Shown here: piece by piece, positions 11,501 to 20,404 of the stretch | Layout of the letters: each line of letters begins with the position of its first letter | Numbering within the stretch: position 1 is the stretch's first letter | Source of the DNA: Myxococcales bacterium | Lineage (GTDB): Bacteria; Myxococcota_A; UBA9042 | DNA length: 64,000 bases | NCBI GenBank assembly: GCA_037441385.1 | Contig: JBBISH010000021.1 | Location: 1-64,000, forward strand | Direction: 5' to 3' | Program-made: the position numbers and the translations under genes | Notes under the pieces: generated by a model | What the model saw: only the letters and a program-made list of their open reading frames with translations | What the model was told of the DNA's origin: nothing | The model's database searches: none

Positions 11501-11824
11501 CGGCGACTTGAGACCCAGGTCCTTTTCGATCTCCATCTCGACGGGCAAGCCGTGGCAATCCCAGCCAAAACGCCGCTCGACCCGCCAGCCGCGCATCGCC
11601 CAATAGCGCGGCACGATGTCCTTGAGGGTGCCGGCGAGCAGGTGTCCGTAGTGCGGCGTGCCAGTGGCAAACGGAGGGCCGTCGTAGAAGACGAACTCAC
11701 CTTGGCCACCGTCGCGAACTTGCTTGGCAAACGTGCCGTGCTCGCGCCAAAAGGCCAGGATGTCTTCCTCGAGCGTCGGGAAATTGGGGTTGCTTTCGGG
11801 CTTGGAAAACAGCGGATTCGCCAT
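8588..11824 (-). CDS. ileS: Isoleucine--tRNA ligase, type 2 (eukaryote-like IleRS2)
   Basis: FYDGPPFATGTPHYGH, GWDCHGLP, WTTTPWTLP, EGLDQTRGWF, KMSKR, NWYIRRSRRRFW; IleRS2-type C-terminus. Confidence 0.96.
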   Translation of the reverse strand: MANPLFSKPESNPNFPTLEEDILAFWREHGTFAKQVRDGGQGEFVFYDGPPFATGTPHYGHLLAGTLKDIVPRYWAMRGWRVERRFGWDCHGLPVEMEIEKDLGLKSPSEVQAYGVGRYNEACRSIVLRYTGLWQEVVERMGRWVDFERDYKTMDLPFMESVWWVFKSLWDKGLLYRGHKVMPYSWRLGTPLSNFEAGMDYRTVQDPAITIRFKVLDDAAGSADPLHILAWTTTPWTLPANMALCVGPAIRYVEARRQEDGARYLLAEALAEKVLGRHQVLRTLDGADLVGVRYQPLFDCFADAAAEGAYRVVSDGYVTVEDGTGVVHQAPAYGEDDHRVCQQWKVPLRDPVDGEGNFTGDVASIASGEVVGKNVKDADKTLIRDLKERGLLFKQATIDHEYPFCWRSGTPLIYKAMPTWFVRVESVPPGSQARPLRERMVELNEQTRWVPDYVGQKRFGNWLKDARDWAISRNRYWGTPLPIWQCVGCGQLECVGSVADLQDRAGVPVHDLHKHHVDPLQWDCKHCGQAMQRTPEVLDCWFESGSMPYAQNHYPFENKELVERNLPAAFIAEGLDQTRGWFYTLLVLSTALFDKPAFDNVIVNGLILAEDGQKMSKRLKNYPDPMELLANYGADALRAYLVTSPAVRAEPMRFAESGVREVVRAVVLPLWNAYSFFATYAAADSWTPPEGPMPLADRALLDRWILSVAQSLVADVNTEMAEYRLYNVIPRVLGFIDDLTNWYIRRSRRRFWKSGNSRDKQAAYETLYDVLTLFSRLLAPILPFMAEALYQRLEAGRPGKAGSVHLEQFPQANQAAVDTDLEQRMALVRTLVKLGRNLREQSKLNVRQPLRTLTVAMQDGARDPHHVLLQGQLELLEILADELNVKRVDLQAEGASNLVSWTAKLNFKTAAKRLGGQTKAVAGEIVTWDNAKVAAAQAELEQNGGVDVAGVRLEASDFEFRSAPLAGLVAATEGRATVALDTQLDDVLRREGLVRELVNRVQNARKDNGLEVEDRIALTLITTSPILAEAVREHAGYVMDEVLATELELQQDPPEGGVEVGGENVLISLHKVAEPASV

Positions 11825-11872
11825 GGGGATTTCTCCTGTGGGGCAAAGACACCCAATGCAGTGCGTCGGGTT

Positions 11873-13375
11873 CTACAGGCCGAGCAGCGCGCGGTACTTG
11901 CGACCGGCGTAGGCGATGAAGGCGTCCGGGTCGAGTGGACGGCCCGTCGCGCGGGTGATCAGTTCGTCGGTCAGGTACTGGCTGCCCACCTGGTGAATGT
12001 GCGTGCGCAGCCAAGTCAAAAGCGGTTGCAAGTTACCGGCTTGCACGTCATCGACCAGCCCCGCCGTCTGGGCAACCGCCGTCTGGAAAAGCTGCGCCGC
12101 ATACAGCGCACCCAGCGTGTAGCACGGGAAATAGCCGAACAGGCCCGCCGACCAGTGCACATCCTGCAGGCAGCCCAGGGCCGCGTCAGGCGGCGTAATA
12201 CCCAGGTAGTCCTGCATCTTCTGGTTCCATGCCGCGGGCAGATCGGCCACCGCCAGCCGGCCACTGAACAGGTCGCGCTCCAGCTCGTAGCGCAAGATGA
12301 CGTGGAGCGGGTAGGTCAGTTCATCCGCCTCGGTCCGGATGAAGTTGTTCAGATCCACGTAGTTCAGGCCGTAGACAAAGTCGGCGAAGGGGACCTGCCG
12401 CAAGAAGGGGTAGTCCTGCTGCAGCTGCGAGTAGCGCGACCGCCAAAAATCGGCGCCCTGCCCCAGCTGCTTTTCCCAAAGGAGCGACTGACTTTCGTGC
12501 ACACCCATCGACCGCGCCCGCGACACGGGCTGGTTGGCCAGGTCCAGGTTGCGGCCTTGCTCGTACAGCGCGTGGCCCGTCTCGTGGATCATCGCCATCA
12601 GGCTCTGGCACCAGGAGTTTTCGTTGTAGCGGGTGGTGATGCGGACGTCGCTGGGGCCGGCACCGCCGCAGAACGGATGCACTGCGGTGTCGAGCCGGCC
12701 GTGATCGAAGTCGAAACCCATGGCCCGCACAATCTTTTCGCCGACTTCGCGCTGGCGGGCCGCCGGCACCGGGTGGGTCAGAAAGGCCACGTCGGGCAGG
12801 CCGGGCTGGGACTGTCGCAGGCGGACTTGGGCAATCAGCGGAATCAAGAACGCCTTGAGCGGCGCGAAAACTTGATCCAGCCGCGCCATGGTCATACCGG
12901 GCTCAAAATCGTCGATCAGCACATCGTAGGCTGGCTGGTCGGGGCCCAGGATCGCTGCCTTCTGCTTGGCCAGGTCGATCAGTTCTTGCAGCACCGGCGC
13001 AAACAAGCTGAAGTCCTTGGCCTTGCGCGCCTGAACCCAGATCTCGTGCCCGGCCACGGTCCGCTCGCCCCAACGGCGCACCAGCTCGCTCGGCAGTTTG
13101 ACGGCCTTGTGATGCTCGCGCAATGCCTCGCGCACGTTGGCCTTTTCCACGTCGCCCAGCGTCTCGTCGCTGTGCAGAAGGCCCAGCAGTTCGCCGAGCC
13201 GCGGCGAGCACCAGCGCTCTTGCTGCAGCACGCTCAACGTCGCCACTTGACGGCCGCGCGCGTCGATGGCCCCCGCGGGCATAGCGATCTCCTGGTCCCA
13301 CTGCAGCAGGCCCAAGACCTCTTCCAGCGCCATCAGGTCGCCCAGTTGCTGGCTCAGCTCGCGATAAGCGTTCAT
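11873..13375 (-). CDS. Carboxypeptidase M32 (Taq-like)
   Basis: HPF, DVRITTRY, HETGH (HExxH), HESQS, IRTEADE, LQDVHW, GYFP motifs. Confidence 0.95.
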   Translation of the reverse strand: MNAYRELSQQLGDLMALEEVLGLLQWDQEIAMPAGAIDARGRQVATLSVLQQERWCSPRLGELLGLLHSDETLGDVEKANVREALREHHKAVKLPSELVRRWGERTVAGHEIWVQARKAKDFSLFAPVLQELIDLAKQKAAILGPDQPAYDVLIDDFEPGMTMARLDQVFAPLKAFLIPLIAQVRLRQSQPGLPDVAFLTHPVPAARQREVGEKIVRAMGFDFDHGRLDTAVHPFCGGAGPSDVRITTRYNENSWCQSLMAMIHETGHALYEQGRNLDLANQPVSRARSMGVHESQSLLWEKQLGQGADFWRSRYSQLQQDYPFLRQVPFADFVYGLNYVDLNNFIRTEADELTYPLHVILRYELERDLFSGRLAVADLPAAWNQKMQDYLGITPPDAALGCLQDVHWSAGLFGYFPCYTLGALYAAQLFQTAVAQTAGLVDDVQAGNLQPLLTWLRTHIHQVGSQYLTDELITRATGRPLDPDAFIAYAGRKYRALLGL

Positions 13376-13761
13376 GGTTGCACCTGTTTTTCGCTTTCCT
13401 TTTCAGCTGCGCGCTGGTCGTGGAGGTCGCGCAGGTAGCGCCACGAGTACAGACCGCCATTGTGTCCGTCGCCCCAGGTAAAGCGAATCGCGTAATTCCC
13501 CACAGGCACTACGCTTTTGACCTCGATGCTGGGCGACTTCTTGGGATTGTTCTGCAGGATCGGCAGACCGCCGCGCGATTGCCGTACCAAGGTGGTGGGT
13601 TCGCCGTGGGTGCCCTTGCAGGTCGCGCACGGGCACTGTTCGCGCAAGTACGCCAGCGGAAACACAGATTCTTGGGCGTCTTGCCAGGTGATGACCACGT
13701 CGCCCGCGTCGGTCCAGGCGATGTGGGCGGGTTGGGCGACTTGCAACGGGTGGCTGCTCAT
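13372..13761 (-). CDS. DUF971 / GBBH-like N-terminal Zn-binding domain protein
   Basis: YLREQCPCATC and VGNYAIRFTWGDGHNGGLYSW signature; ATGA overlap with the M32 gene. Confidence 0.88.
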   Translation of the reverse strand: MSSHPLQVAQPAHIAWTDAGDVVITWQDAQESVFPLAYLREQCPCATCKGTHGEPTTLVRQSRGGLPILQNNPKKSPSIEVKSVVPVGNYAIRFTWGDGHNGGLYSWRYLRDLHDQRAAEKESEKQVQP

Positions 13762-13943
13762 TTAGCCTCGGCACCGGCCGCTTCGACCGGGGGCGGAATC
13801 CTTGCCCTTTCGCGGCCTTTCGTCAAGGGCTAGCCAGGCCGAGCGATGGGGTGGGGCGTGGCGACAGCGGCGGCCGCAGGTTGCGCTTGCCGCGGCGCGC
13901 AGGGCCATGCATGCTGGCGGAACCGGGCCCAATCCGGCGAGCC

Positions 13944-14474
13944 ATGCACATGAATCCACGCACAAATCCAGCCAGCCGTCTTGCCCTGTCTCTGCGCCTT
14001 GCCGGGCTGGTCGCCGCTGTGGCCGCAATGGGCAGCGCCGCGGTCGCATACGCCGATGCCAGCAACTGCGAGTCGATCTCAGACAGTGACGCCCGCAACC
14101 ACTGCCGCGCCGTGGCCAAGAAAGACAAGAGCTATTGCGAGTCGATTCGCGACACGGACCGCCGCAATCAGTGCCGGGCCGAGGCGAGTGGCGACCGCTC
14201 GCACTGCGAATCGATTGGCAACAGCGACAAGCGCAACCAGTGCCGCGGCACGGCAGTTGGCGCCAGCGGGTCGTCCAATTGCGAGTCGATTTCGGACAGC
14301 GACGCCCGCAACCACTGCCGCGCCGTGTCCAAGAAAGACAAGAGCTACTGCGAGTCCATCGGCAACAGCGATAAGCGCAACTATTGCCGCGCGGTAGCGG
14401 GCGGCGGCAAGAGCTACTGCGAATCCATCAGCGACAGCGACTTGCGCAACCGCTGCCGCGGCGAGGCCCGATGA
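13944..14474 (+). CDS. Secreted protein made of six ~23-aa CESIxxxDxRNxCR repeats (start 13944 or 13950)
   Basis: Signal peptide ending AYA-D; repeats visible at protein and DNA level. Confidence 0.8.
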   Translation: MHMNPRTNPASRLALSLRLAGLVAAVAAMGSAAVAYADASNCESISDSDARNHCRAVAKKDKSYCESIRDTDRRNQCRAEASGDRSHCESIGNSDKRNQCRGTAVGASGSSNCESISDSDARNHCRAVSKKDKSYCESIGNSDKRNYCRAVAGGGKSYCESISDSDLRNRCRGEAR

Positions 14475-15529
14475 ACCGCGGGATGCGAGCGGCCATGGCG
14501 GTGGCTCTGCTGGCAGCGTGCGCACCGCCCCAACCCAGTCTGTCCGCGCACACGGCTGCGGGACCGGTGCAGGTGCACCCCGTCGCCGCGACGGCTTCGG
14601 GCGGCAGCCGCCTGGCCAAGGCCGTGCCGACCCAAGCTGCTCACGCGGATTCTGCAGCCCCGGCGATACCTTCTGGGTTGCGGGTGCGCACGGTGCGGCA
14701 GTTTGCCTGGGGCAGTGGGCCCAGCCAGCTGGGTCACGTCCACGGCGGTGAACAGAACCCAGAAGCCCCAATGGCGCTCGACGTGGATGCGCAGGGCAGC
14801 GTTTACATTCTGGATCAGGTCAACGAGCGGGTGCTGATCACGCGCCGCGACGGCACGCTGGCCCAGGTGCCCGCGCCGCGCACGGCCCAGGATCTGCTGG
14901 TGGCCACGCCGCAGCTGTGGCTGCTGGATCGGTTGGTCGGCCGCGAATTGCAGCGCGTGGATCTCTCGAACGGGGCCCTTCTGCAGACGTTGCCCCTGAC
15001 GGCCGTCGCCGAGCCGGGCACTATTTCGGCGCTGTGGGCCCACGCTGGCGACCTGTACGCCGAGCTTGGGCACAGCGAATTAGTGCGTCTGGCGCAGCTA
15101 CAGGGGGCAAGCCGGCCGCAGCTCTCGGTTTTTGGCCGGCCAACGCCCGATGGCTTGCGGCGGTTGACGGCGGCGCGCGTGGTGCCCAACCAGGTGACGG
15201 TGCAAGTGCGCCGGCTGAGCGACGCGGACGACGCGCCCCCCGTGCGGGCCCTGCAGGCCACCCTGCCCAGCGATGTGCAGCAGATCGTCGAGCTGGCAGC
15301 CGACGCAATAGGTAGGATCTGGCTGGTCGTCGATCTGGGCGACGCCGCCCACCCAGTGCGGCAAGCCTTGATGTGGGAAGCCGATTTTTCCGATCCCCGC
15401 CGCGCCGATCTGGCCCCTTGGCGCGGCCCCGAAGAGACGCTGCGACCGGCGCGACTGGCGCCAAGCGGTCATCTGTTTGCACTGGGCCTGACGGCCGACG
15501 GCCTTTCGCTGCAAGAGGTGGCGCCATGA
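14471..15529 (+). CDS. Lipoprotein, probable beta-propeller (NHL-like), function unknown
   Basis: Lipobox LLAAC; PMALDVDAQGSVYILDQVNERV NHL-like blade; ATGA coupling on both sides. Confidence 0.72.
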   Translation: MNRGMRAAMAVALLAACAPPQPSLSAHTAAGPVQVHPVAATASGGSRLAKAVPTQAAHADSAAPAIPSGLRVRTVRQFAWGSGPSQLGHVHGGEQNPEAPMALDVDAQGSVYILDQVNERVLITRRDGTLAQVPAPRTAQDLLVATPQLWLLDRLVGRELQRVDLSNGALLQTLPLTAVAEPGTISALWAHAGDLYAELGHSELVRLAQLQGASRPQLSVFGRPTPDGLRRLTAARVVPNQVTVQVRRLSDADDAPPVRALQATLPSDVQQIVELAADAIGRIWLVVDLGDAAHPVRQALMWEADFSDPRRADLAPWRGPEETLRPARLAPSGHLFALGLTADGLSLQEVAP

Positions 15530-17463
15530 TCCGCCGCCTTGCGTACAGTCTGATCTTAGCGAGCCTGCTGGGGCCCAGCCTAGCCTGGGCCAACCCCGAT
15601 CCCATGACGCGCGACCAGATCGTGGCCAACAGCAAGTCGGTGGTCGGCTTCAGCTATTGGTGGGGCGGCGCCGCCTGGGCGCCAGGCTCGTCCAGTAAGG
15701 GCAAGTGCACGCCCAAAGGGTCCAGCGGTTGCCCCAATTGCACCCACAGCGGCTCGTACGGCGCCGATTGCTCGGGCTTTGTCGCCAAGGCTTGGCAAAT
15801 CGACAAGCCCACCGCGCTCGACAAGAACTATCACCCCTATTCCACGTGGCACTTCGACACCTACACCACCTGGTGGACCAAGCCGGCCAAAGGCGACGCC
15901 AAACGGGCCGACGCCTTCAATTACAACAGCAACGGCGCCGGCCACGTGTGGATGTTCGACAAGGGCGACCCGTGGGGCAGCGCCTACGCTTGGGAGTGCA
16001 AAGGCTGCAGCTACGGCTGCGTGTACAATTTGCGCACGGTTTCGTCATATTACGGGCTGATTCGCCGCAAGCTGATCACCGATCCGCCCGCGTGCAAGAA
16101 GCACTGCGAGGGCACCGCCATCATCGACGAGACCTGCGACAAGGGCGATTGCGCAGCCTACGCCGCCAGTTGCGTGGACGACAGCTTGGGTGTGCGCTGC
16201 GTATCGAATTTCTGCCCCGCCAAGGGCAAGACCCAAGTCTGCTTGCCCGATGCCAAGAACGGCAAGATCGCCACATGCGACAACGGCGCACTGAAAGACC
16301 AAGGCAATTGTGGAGCTTACGGGGCGTGGTGCTCCACCGCGTTGGGCGGGGCGGCCAAGTGCGTGTCGGGCCTCTGCGCCACCAGCGCCACGGCCAAGCC
16401 AGTCGCGGGCGACTTGTGCTACAACGGCAAGCGCTACACCTGCGCACCGAGCGGCGACATCGCCGAGGCGCCCTGCCCCGCCGACCAACCATGCCAGACC
16501 GCTGCCGGAAAAACCGGCCCCGGTAGCGGGAGTTGCGGGCCCAAGCCCTGCGGCAACTGCGACGACGGCAACCCTTGCACGGACGACTCGTGCAACGACG
16601 GCACCTGCGTCCATGCTGCCAGCGCAGCCAAGGCTTGCGACGATGGCAATCCCTGCAGCGAGGGCGACGTCTGCGGGGCCGGCACCTGCAAAGGCATGTC
16701 CAAAGTCTGCGACGATGGCGTCGCCTGCACGACCGATAGCTGCGCCGCCGGCGCCTGCGTACACCAAGGCGACGACGTGCAGTGCGACGATGGCAATCCG
16801 TGCACCGCCGACCTGTGCGACAAGTCCGGCTGCAAGCACAACAACCAAGACGGCGCTTGCGATGACGGCGACGGCTGCACGGTAGGCAACGGCTGCAAAG
16901 ACGGCGCCTGCGTCACCGGCACCGCCGCCCGCTGCGACGACGAGAACACCTGCACCCAAGACGCGTGCGAAGAGGGCGGCTGCGTCCACACGCCGCTGAC
17001 CGGCGCGTGCAGCGACGGCAACCCCTGCACAGAAGGCGACTACTGCGCCCAGGGCCAATGCCTGGCCGGCAAGGACAAGGACTGCGACGACGGCTTTGCC
17101 TGCACGGTGGACAGTTGCGAGGCCGGCGGGTGCGTCCACGCGGGCGGCAGCCCGCAAGTGCCGGTTTGCCAAGGCTCCGGCAAGGTGTTCATGCCCAGCC
17201 CCTGCCCCAACGAGCCGGGCCAGGTCCGCATTTGCAGCCCCGGGACCAGTTGCATGACTGGCACTTGCGTGGGCTCCGACGCCGGCAGCAGCGACGGCTC
17301 GGGCAGTTTGGGCAGTTTGGGCGACAGCAACGGCTCCCAAGGCACCAAGAGCGTGGCGGCCGCCAACCCGTCGGGCTGCAGCACAGGCTCCAGCCATCCC
17401 GCCACCAGTCTGGCCCTCGCCGCCGCCGCGCTGATCGTGGGGTACCGCCGCCGTCGGGCGTGA
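15526..17463 (+). CDS. Secreted NlpC/P60-like cysteine hydrolase with Cys-rich CDDGNPCT stalk and MYXO-CTERM-like anchor
   Basis: Signal peptide; YWWGG, ADCSGFVAKAW, GHVWMF...WE; many CDDGNPCTxDxC repeats; C-terminal SGC-hydrophobic-RRRR tail. Confidence 0.78.
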   Translation: MIRRLAYSLILASLLGPSLAWANPDPMTRDQIVANSKSVVGFSYWWGGAAWAPGSSSKGKCTPKGSSGCPNCTHSGSYGADCSGFVAKAWQIDKPTALDKNYHPYSTWHFDTYTTWWTKPAKGDAKRADAFNYNSNGAGHVWMFDKGDPWGSAYAWECKGCSYGCVYNLRTVSSYYGLIRRKLITDPPACKKHCEGTAIIDETCDKGDCAAYAASCVDDSLGVRCVSNFCPAKGKTQVCLPDAKNGKIATCDNGALKDQGNCGAYGAWCSTALGGAAKCVSGLCATSATAKPVAGDLCYNGKRYTCAPSGDIAEAPCPADQPCQTAAGKTGPGSGSCGPKPCGNCDDGNPCTDDSCNDGTCVHAASAAKACDDGNPCSEGDVCGAGTCKGMSKVCDDGVACTTDSCAAGACVHQGDDVQCDDGNPCTADLCDKSGCKHNNQDGACDDGDGCTVGNGCKDGACVTGTAARCDDENTCTQDACEEGGCVHTPLTGACSDGNPCTEGDYCAQGQCLAGKDKDCDDGFACTVDSCEAGGCVHAGGSPQVPVCQGSGKVFMPSPCPNEPGQVRICSPGTSCMTGTCVGSDAGSSDGSGSLGSLGDSNGSQGTKSVAAANPSGCSTGSSHPATSLALAAAALIVGYRRRRA

Positions 17464-17617
17464 CAGTCCAGTGGCGGCGGCCGGGCGACCGGGCTGAGCA
17501 GGACCACTGAAGTGTGCAGAAAGACGTGCCTTTCTTGGTCAACATGGCCCCTTTGCAGGTAGCCCGCGAGCGCGTATCCTACGGCGGCTCGCGCTGGCTG
17601 GGCGCACAGAGGCTCCG

Positions 17618-18769
17618 ATGGATCTGCAACTGACCGAAACTCAAGAAATGATTCAGGAAACCGCGCGCTCCTTTGCCGAAAAGGAGTTGCTGCCGGCCGC
17701 CCACGACACCGACAAGCTCGGCCAGTTCCCGCGCGACAAAGTCAAGAAGCTGTGCGATCTTGGGTTCTTTGGCATGGCCGTGCCCGAAGAGTTCGGCGGC
17801 GCCGGCCTGGACAACCTCAGCTACGCGATCGCCATGGAAGAGATCAGCCGCGGCTGTGCGTCGACCGGCGTGATCATGAGCGTGAACAACTCGCTGGTGT
17901 GCGACCCGATCCTCAAGTTTGGCAACACCGCGCAAAAGAAGAAATTCCTTGGTCAATTGGCGCCAGGCAAGGTCCTGGGCTGCTTTGCGCTGAGTGAGCC
18001 CGGCTCGGGCAGCGACGCCGCCGGCATGCGCACCACCGCGATTCGCGACGGCGACCACTACGTGGTCAACGGCACCAAGAACTGGATCACCAACGGCAAA
18101 GAGGCCGACTTCTGCGTGCTCATCGTCCACACCAACCCCGCCGAGCGCCACAAGGGCATCAGCGCGCTGGTGGTCGACCGCCGCGAGAGCCCCTACGGCA
18201 TCGGCAAGGTCGAGGACAAACTGGGCATCAAGGGCAGCTCCACCACCTCGCTGGTGTTCGAGAACTGCCGAGTTCCCGTGGAGAATCTGCTGGGCAAAGA
18301 GGGCGACGGCTTCAAGGTGGCCATGTCGACGCTGGACGGCGGCCGTATCGGCATCGCCTCGCAGGCCCTGGGCATCGCCCGCGCCGCCTTTGACGAAGCG
18401 CTGCGCTACAGCCGCGAGCGCCAGGCCTTTGGCAAGTACATCGGTGACTTTGGCGCCATCCAAGAGATGCTGGCCGACATGGCCTGCGAGCTGGACGCGG
18501 CGCGGCTGCTGATTTGGCGGGCGGCGGTGGCCAAGGACTCGGGCGAGAAGTTTGGCAAGCTGTCGGCCATGGCCAAGCTGTACGCCAGCGAGGCCAGCGC
18601 GCGCATCACCCACAAAGCGCTGCAAATTCACGGCGGCTACGGCTACGTGAAGGAGTACAACGCCGAGCGGCACATGCGCGACGCCCGCATCACCGAGATC
18701 TACGAAGGCACCAGCGAGATCCAGCGCCTGGTCGTCGCCCGCGAGACCCTGATGGAACTGGGCGCATAA
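17618..18769 (+). CDS. Acyl-CoA dehydrogenase (short/branched-chain type)
   Basis: FALSEPGSGSD, NGTKNWITNG, KLGIKGS, QIHGGYGY, IYEGTSEIQR. Confidence 0.96.
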   Translation: MDLQLTETQEMIQETARSFAEKELLPAAHDTDKLGQFPRDKVKKLCDLGFFGMAVPEEFGGAGLDNLSYAIAMEEISRGCASTGVIMSVNNSLVCDPILKFGNTAQKKKFLGQLAPGKVLGCFALSEPGSGSDAAGMRTTAIRDGDHYVVNGTKNWITNGKEADFCVLIVHTNPAERHKGISALVVDRRESPYGIGKVEDKLGIKGSSTTSLVFENCRVPVENLLGKEGDGFKVAMSTLDGGRIGIASQALGIARAAFDEALRYSRERQAFGKYIGDFGAIQEMLADMACELDAARLLIWRAAVAKDSGEKFGKLSAMAKLYASEASARITHKALQIHGGYGYVKEYNAERHMRDARITEIYEGTSEIQRLVVARETLMELGA

Positions 18770-18784
18770 CCTCTGGGGGTCGCA

Positions 18785-19930
18785 ATGGATTTCACACTCT
18801 CCCTCGCCGATCGCGAAGTGGTGGACCTGGTCAAGCGTCTGGCCCAGACCGAGCTGGCGCCGCGCGCCGCCGCGGTGGACGCCGGGCAATTTCCGCTGGA
18901 AGGCCTGAAGATCCTGGCTCAGCACGGCTTGATGGGCATCAAGGTCGCCAAGAGCTACGGCGGTTTGGGCGCCGGCCTGGTGGCGCATGTGGCGGCGATT
19001 CGCGAGCTGGCGGCGGTGTGCCCGTCCACGGCGGTGACGCTGGCCGTGACCAACATGGTCGCCGACATGATCGAGAAGTTCGGCAGCGACGCGCAGAAGC
19101 AGCGCTATCTGCCGCCGATTTTTGATGGGACCTACCCCGCGGCCTCGTTCGCCCTGTCCGAGACCGGGGCCGGCTCCGACGCGGCCAGCCTGCGCACCCG
19201 GGCCGTAAAGGTCGACGGCGGCTGGCAGATCACCGGCAGCAAGATGTGGATCACCTCGGGCGACCGCGCCGGCGTGGTGCTGGTGATGGCCAAGACCGAC
19301 CCCGACAAGGGCGCGCGCGGCATCACGGCCTTCTTGGTCGAGCCGGGCACGCCGGGCTTCGAGGTGGGGCGCCACGAAGAAAAGCTGGGGCTGCGCGGAT
19401 CTTCCACGGTGTCGCTGCACTTCAGCGAGATGTTCGTGCCGGAGTCGGCGCAGCTGGGCGCCCTGGGCCAGGGCTTCGAAGTGGCGATGGTGGCGCTGGA
19501 TGGCGGCCGCTGCGGCATCGGCGCGCAGGCGCTGGGCATGGGCTACGCCGTGCTGGCCGAGACCGCCAAGGCCTTGAACCAGCGCGCGACGTTGGACAAG
19601 CAGCTGGGCCTGGACCAAAACGCCCAGTTCCGCCTGGCCGACATGGCGACCAAGCTGGACGCTGCGTGGCTGCTGGTGCTGCGGGCGGCCTGGCTGCGCG
19701 ACGCGGGCAAAAAGATGACGCGCGAGGCGGCGATGGCCAAGGTCATGGCCACCGAAGCCGGCGACGCTGCGTGCAAGCTGGCGCTGCAGATCCTGGGGCC
19801 GGCGGCGCTGGATGCCCGCCACCCGGTGGCGCGGGCGCTGCGCGACGTGCGGGTCAGCCGCATCTACGAAGGCACGAGCGAAATTCAGCGGTTGGTGATT
19901 GCGCGGAGCTTGGCCGCCAGCGTGGCCTAA
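18785..19930 (+). CDS. Acyl-CoA dehydrogenase
   Basis: FALSETGAGSD, GSKMWITSG, KLGLRGS, IYEGTSEIQR. Confidence 0.94.
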   Translation: MDFTLSLADREVVDLVKRLAQTELAPRAAAVDAGQFPLEGLKILAQHGLMGIKVAKSYGGLGAGLVAHVAAIRELAAVCPSTAVTLAVTNMVADMIEKFGSDAQKQRYLPPIFDGTYPAASFALSETGAGSDAASLRTRAVKVDGGWQITGSKMWITSGDRAGVVLVMAKTDPDKGARGITAFLVEPGTPGFEVGRHEEKLGLRGSSTVSLHFSEMFVPESAQLGALGQGFEVAMVALDGGRCGIGAQALGMGYAVLAETAKALNQRATLDKQLGLDQNAQFRLADMATKLDAAWLLVLRAAWLRDAGKKMTREAAMAKVMATEAGDAACKLALQILGPAALDARHPVARALRDVRVSRIYEGTSEIQRLVIARSLAASVA

Positions 19931-19948
19931 GTGCGGAGGGGGGTTCAC

Positions 19949-20389
19949 ATGGAGCAACAGACGACGGCGCGGCGCGGGCGCATCCTGGTGGGCAAGGTGG
20001 GGCTGGACGGGCACGACCGCGGCGCCAAGGTGGTGGCGCGGGCGCTGCGCGACGCCGGCTTCGAGGTCATCTACACCGGCCTGCACCAAACGCCCGAGAT
20101 GGTGGTCAATACGGCCATCCAAGAGGACGTGGACGTCATCGGCATCTCGATTTTGTCGGGCGCGCACAACACGCTGGTGCCGCGAGTCCTGGGGCTGCTG
20201 GCCGAGCGCGGCGCCAAAGATATCGCCGTGTTTGTGGGCGGGATCATCCCCGACCAAGACATGACTGCGCTGCGCCATGCAGGCGTGGCCGAGATTTTCA
20301 CACCGGGCGCGTCGCTGGATGCCATCGTGGCGCGGGTGCGCGGCCTGCTGCAAGAGCGCGGCGTGTCGCTGTTGGGCGCGGAAGCCTAA
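19949..20389 (+). CDS. Cobalamin-binding subunit of an acyl-CoA mutase (methylmalonyl/isobutyryl-CoA mutase small subunit)
   Basis: [10 protein letters not shown] (DxHxxG), SILSGAH, GGIIP, FTPG; GGAGGG SD. Confidence 0.93.
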   Translation: MEQQTTARRGRILVGKVGLDGHDRGAKVVARALRDAGFEVIYTGLHQTPEMVVNTAIQEDVDVIGISILSGAHNTLVPRVLGLLAERGAKDIAVFVGGIIPDQDMTALRHAGVAEIFTPGASLDAIVARVRGLLQERGVSLLGAEA

Positions 20390-20404
20390 TTCCTAAGGTG
20401 GACC

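Noticed and set aside
10625..13438. 937-aa plus-strand ORF
   Set aside because: Antisense shadow of ileS and the M32 gene caused by high-GC codon bias; no motifs
17579..20353. 924-aa minus-strand ORF
   Set aside because: Antisense shadow of the acyl-CoA dehydrogenase cluster
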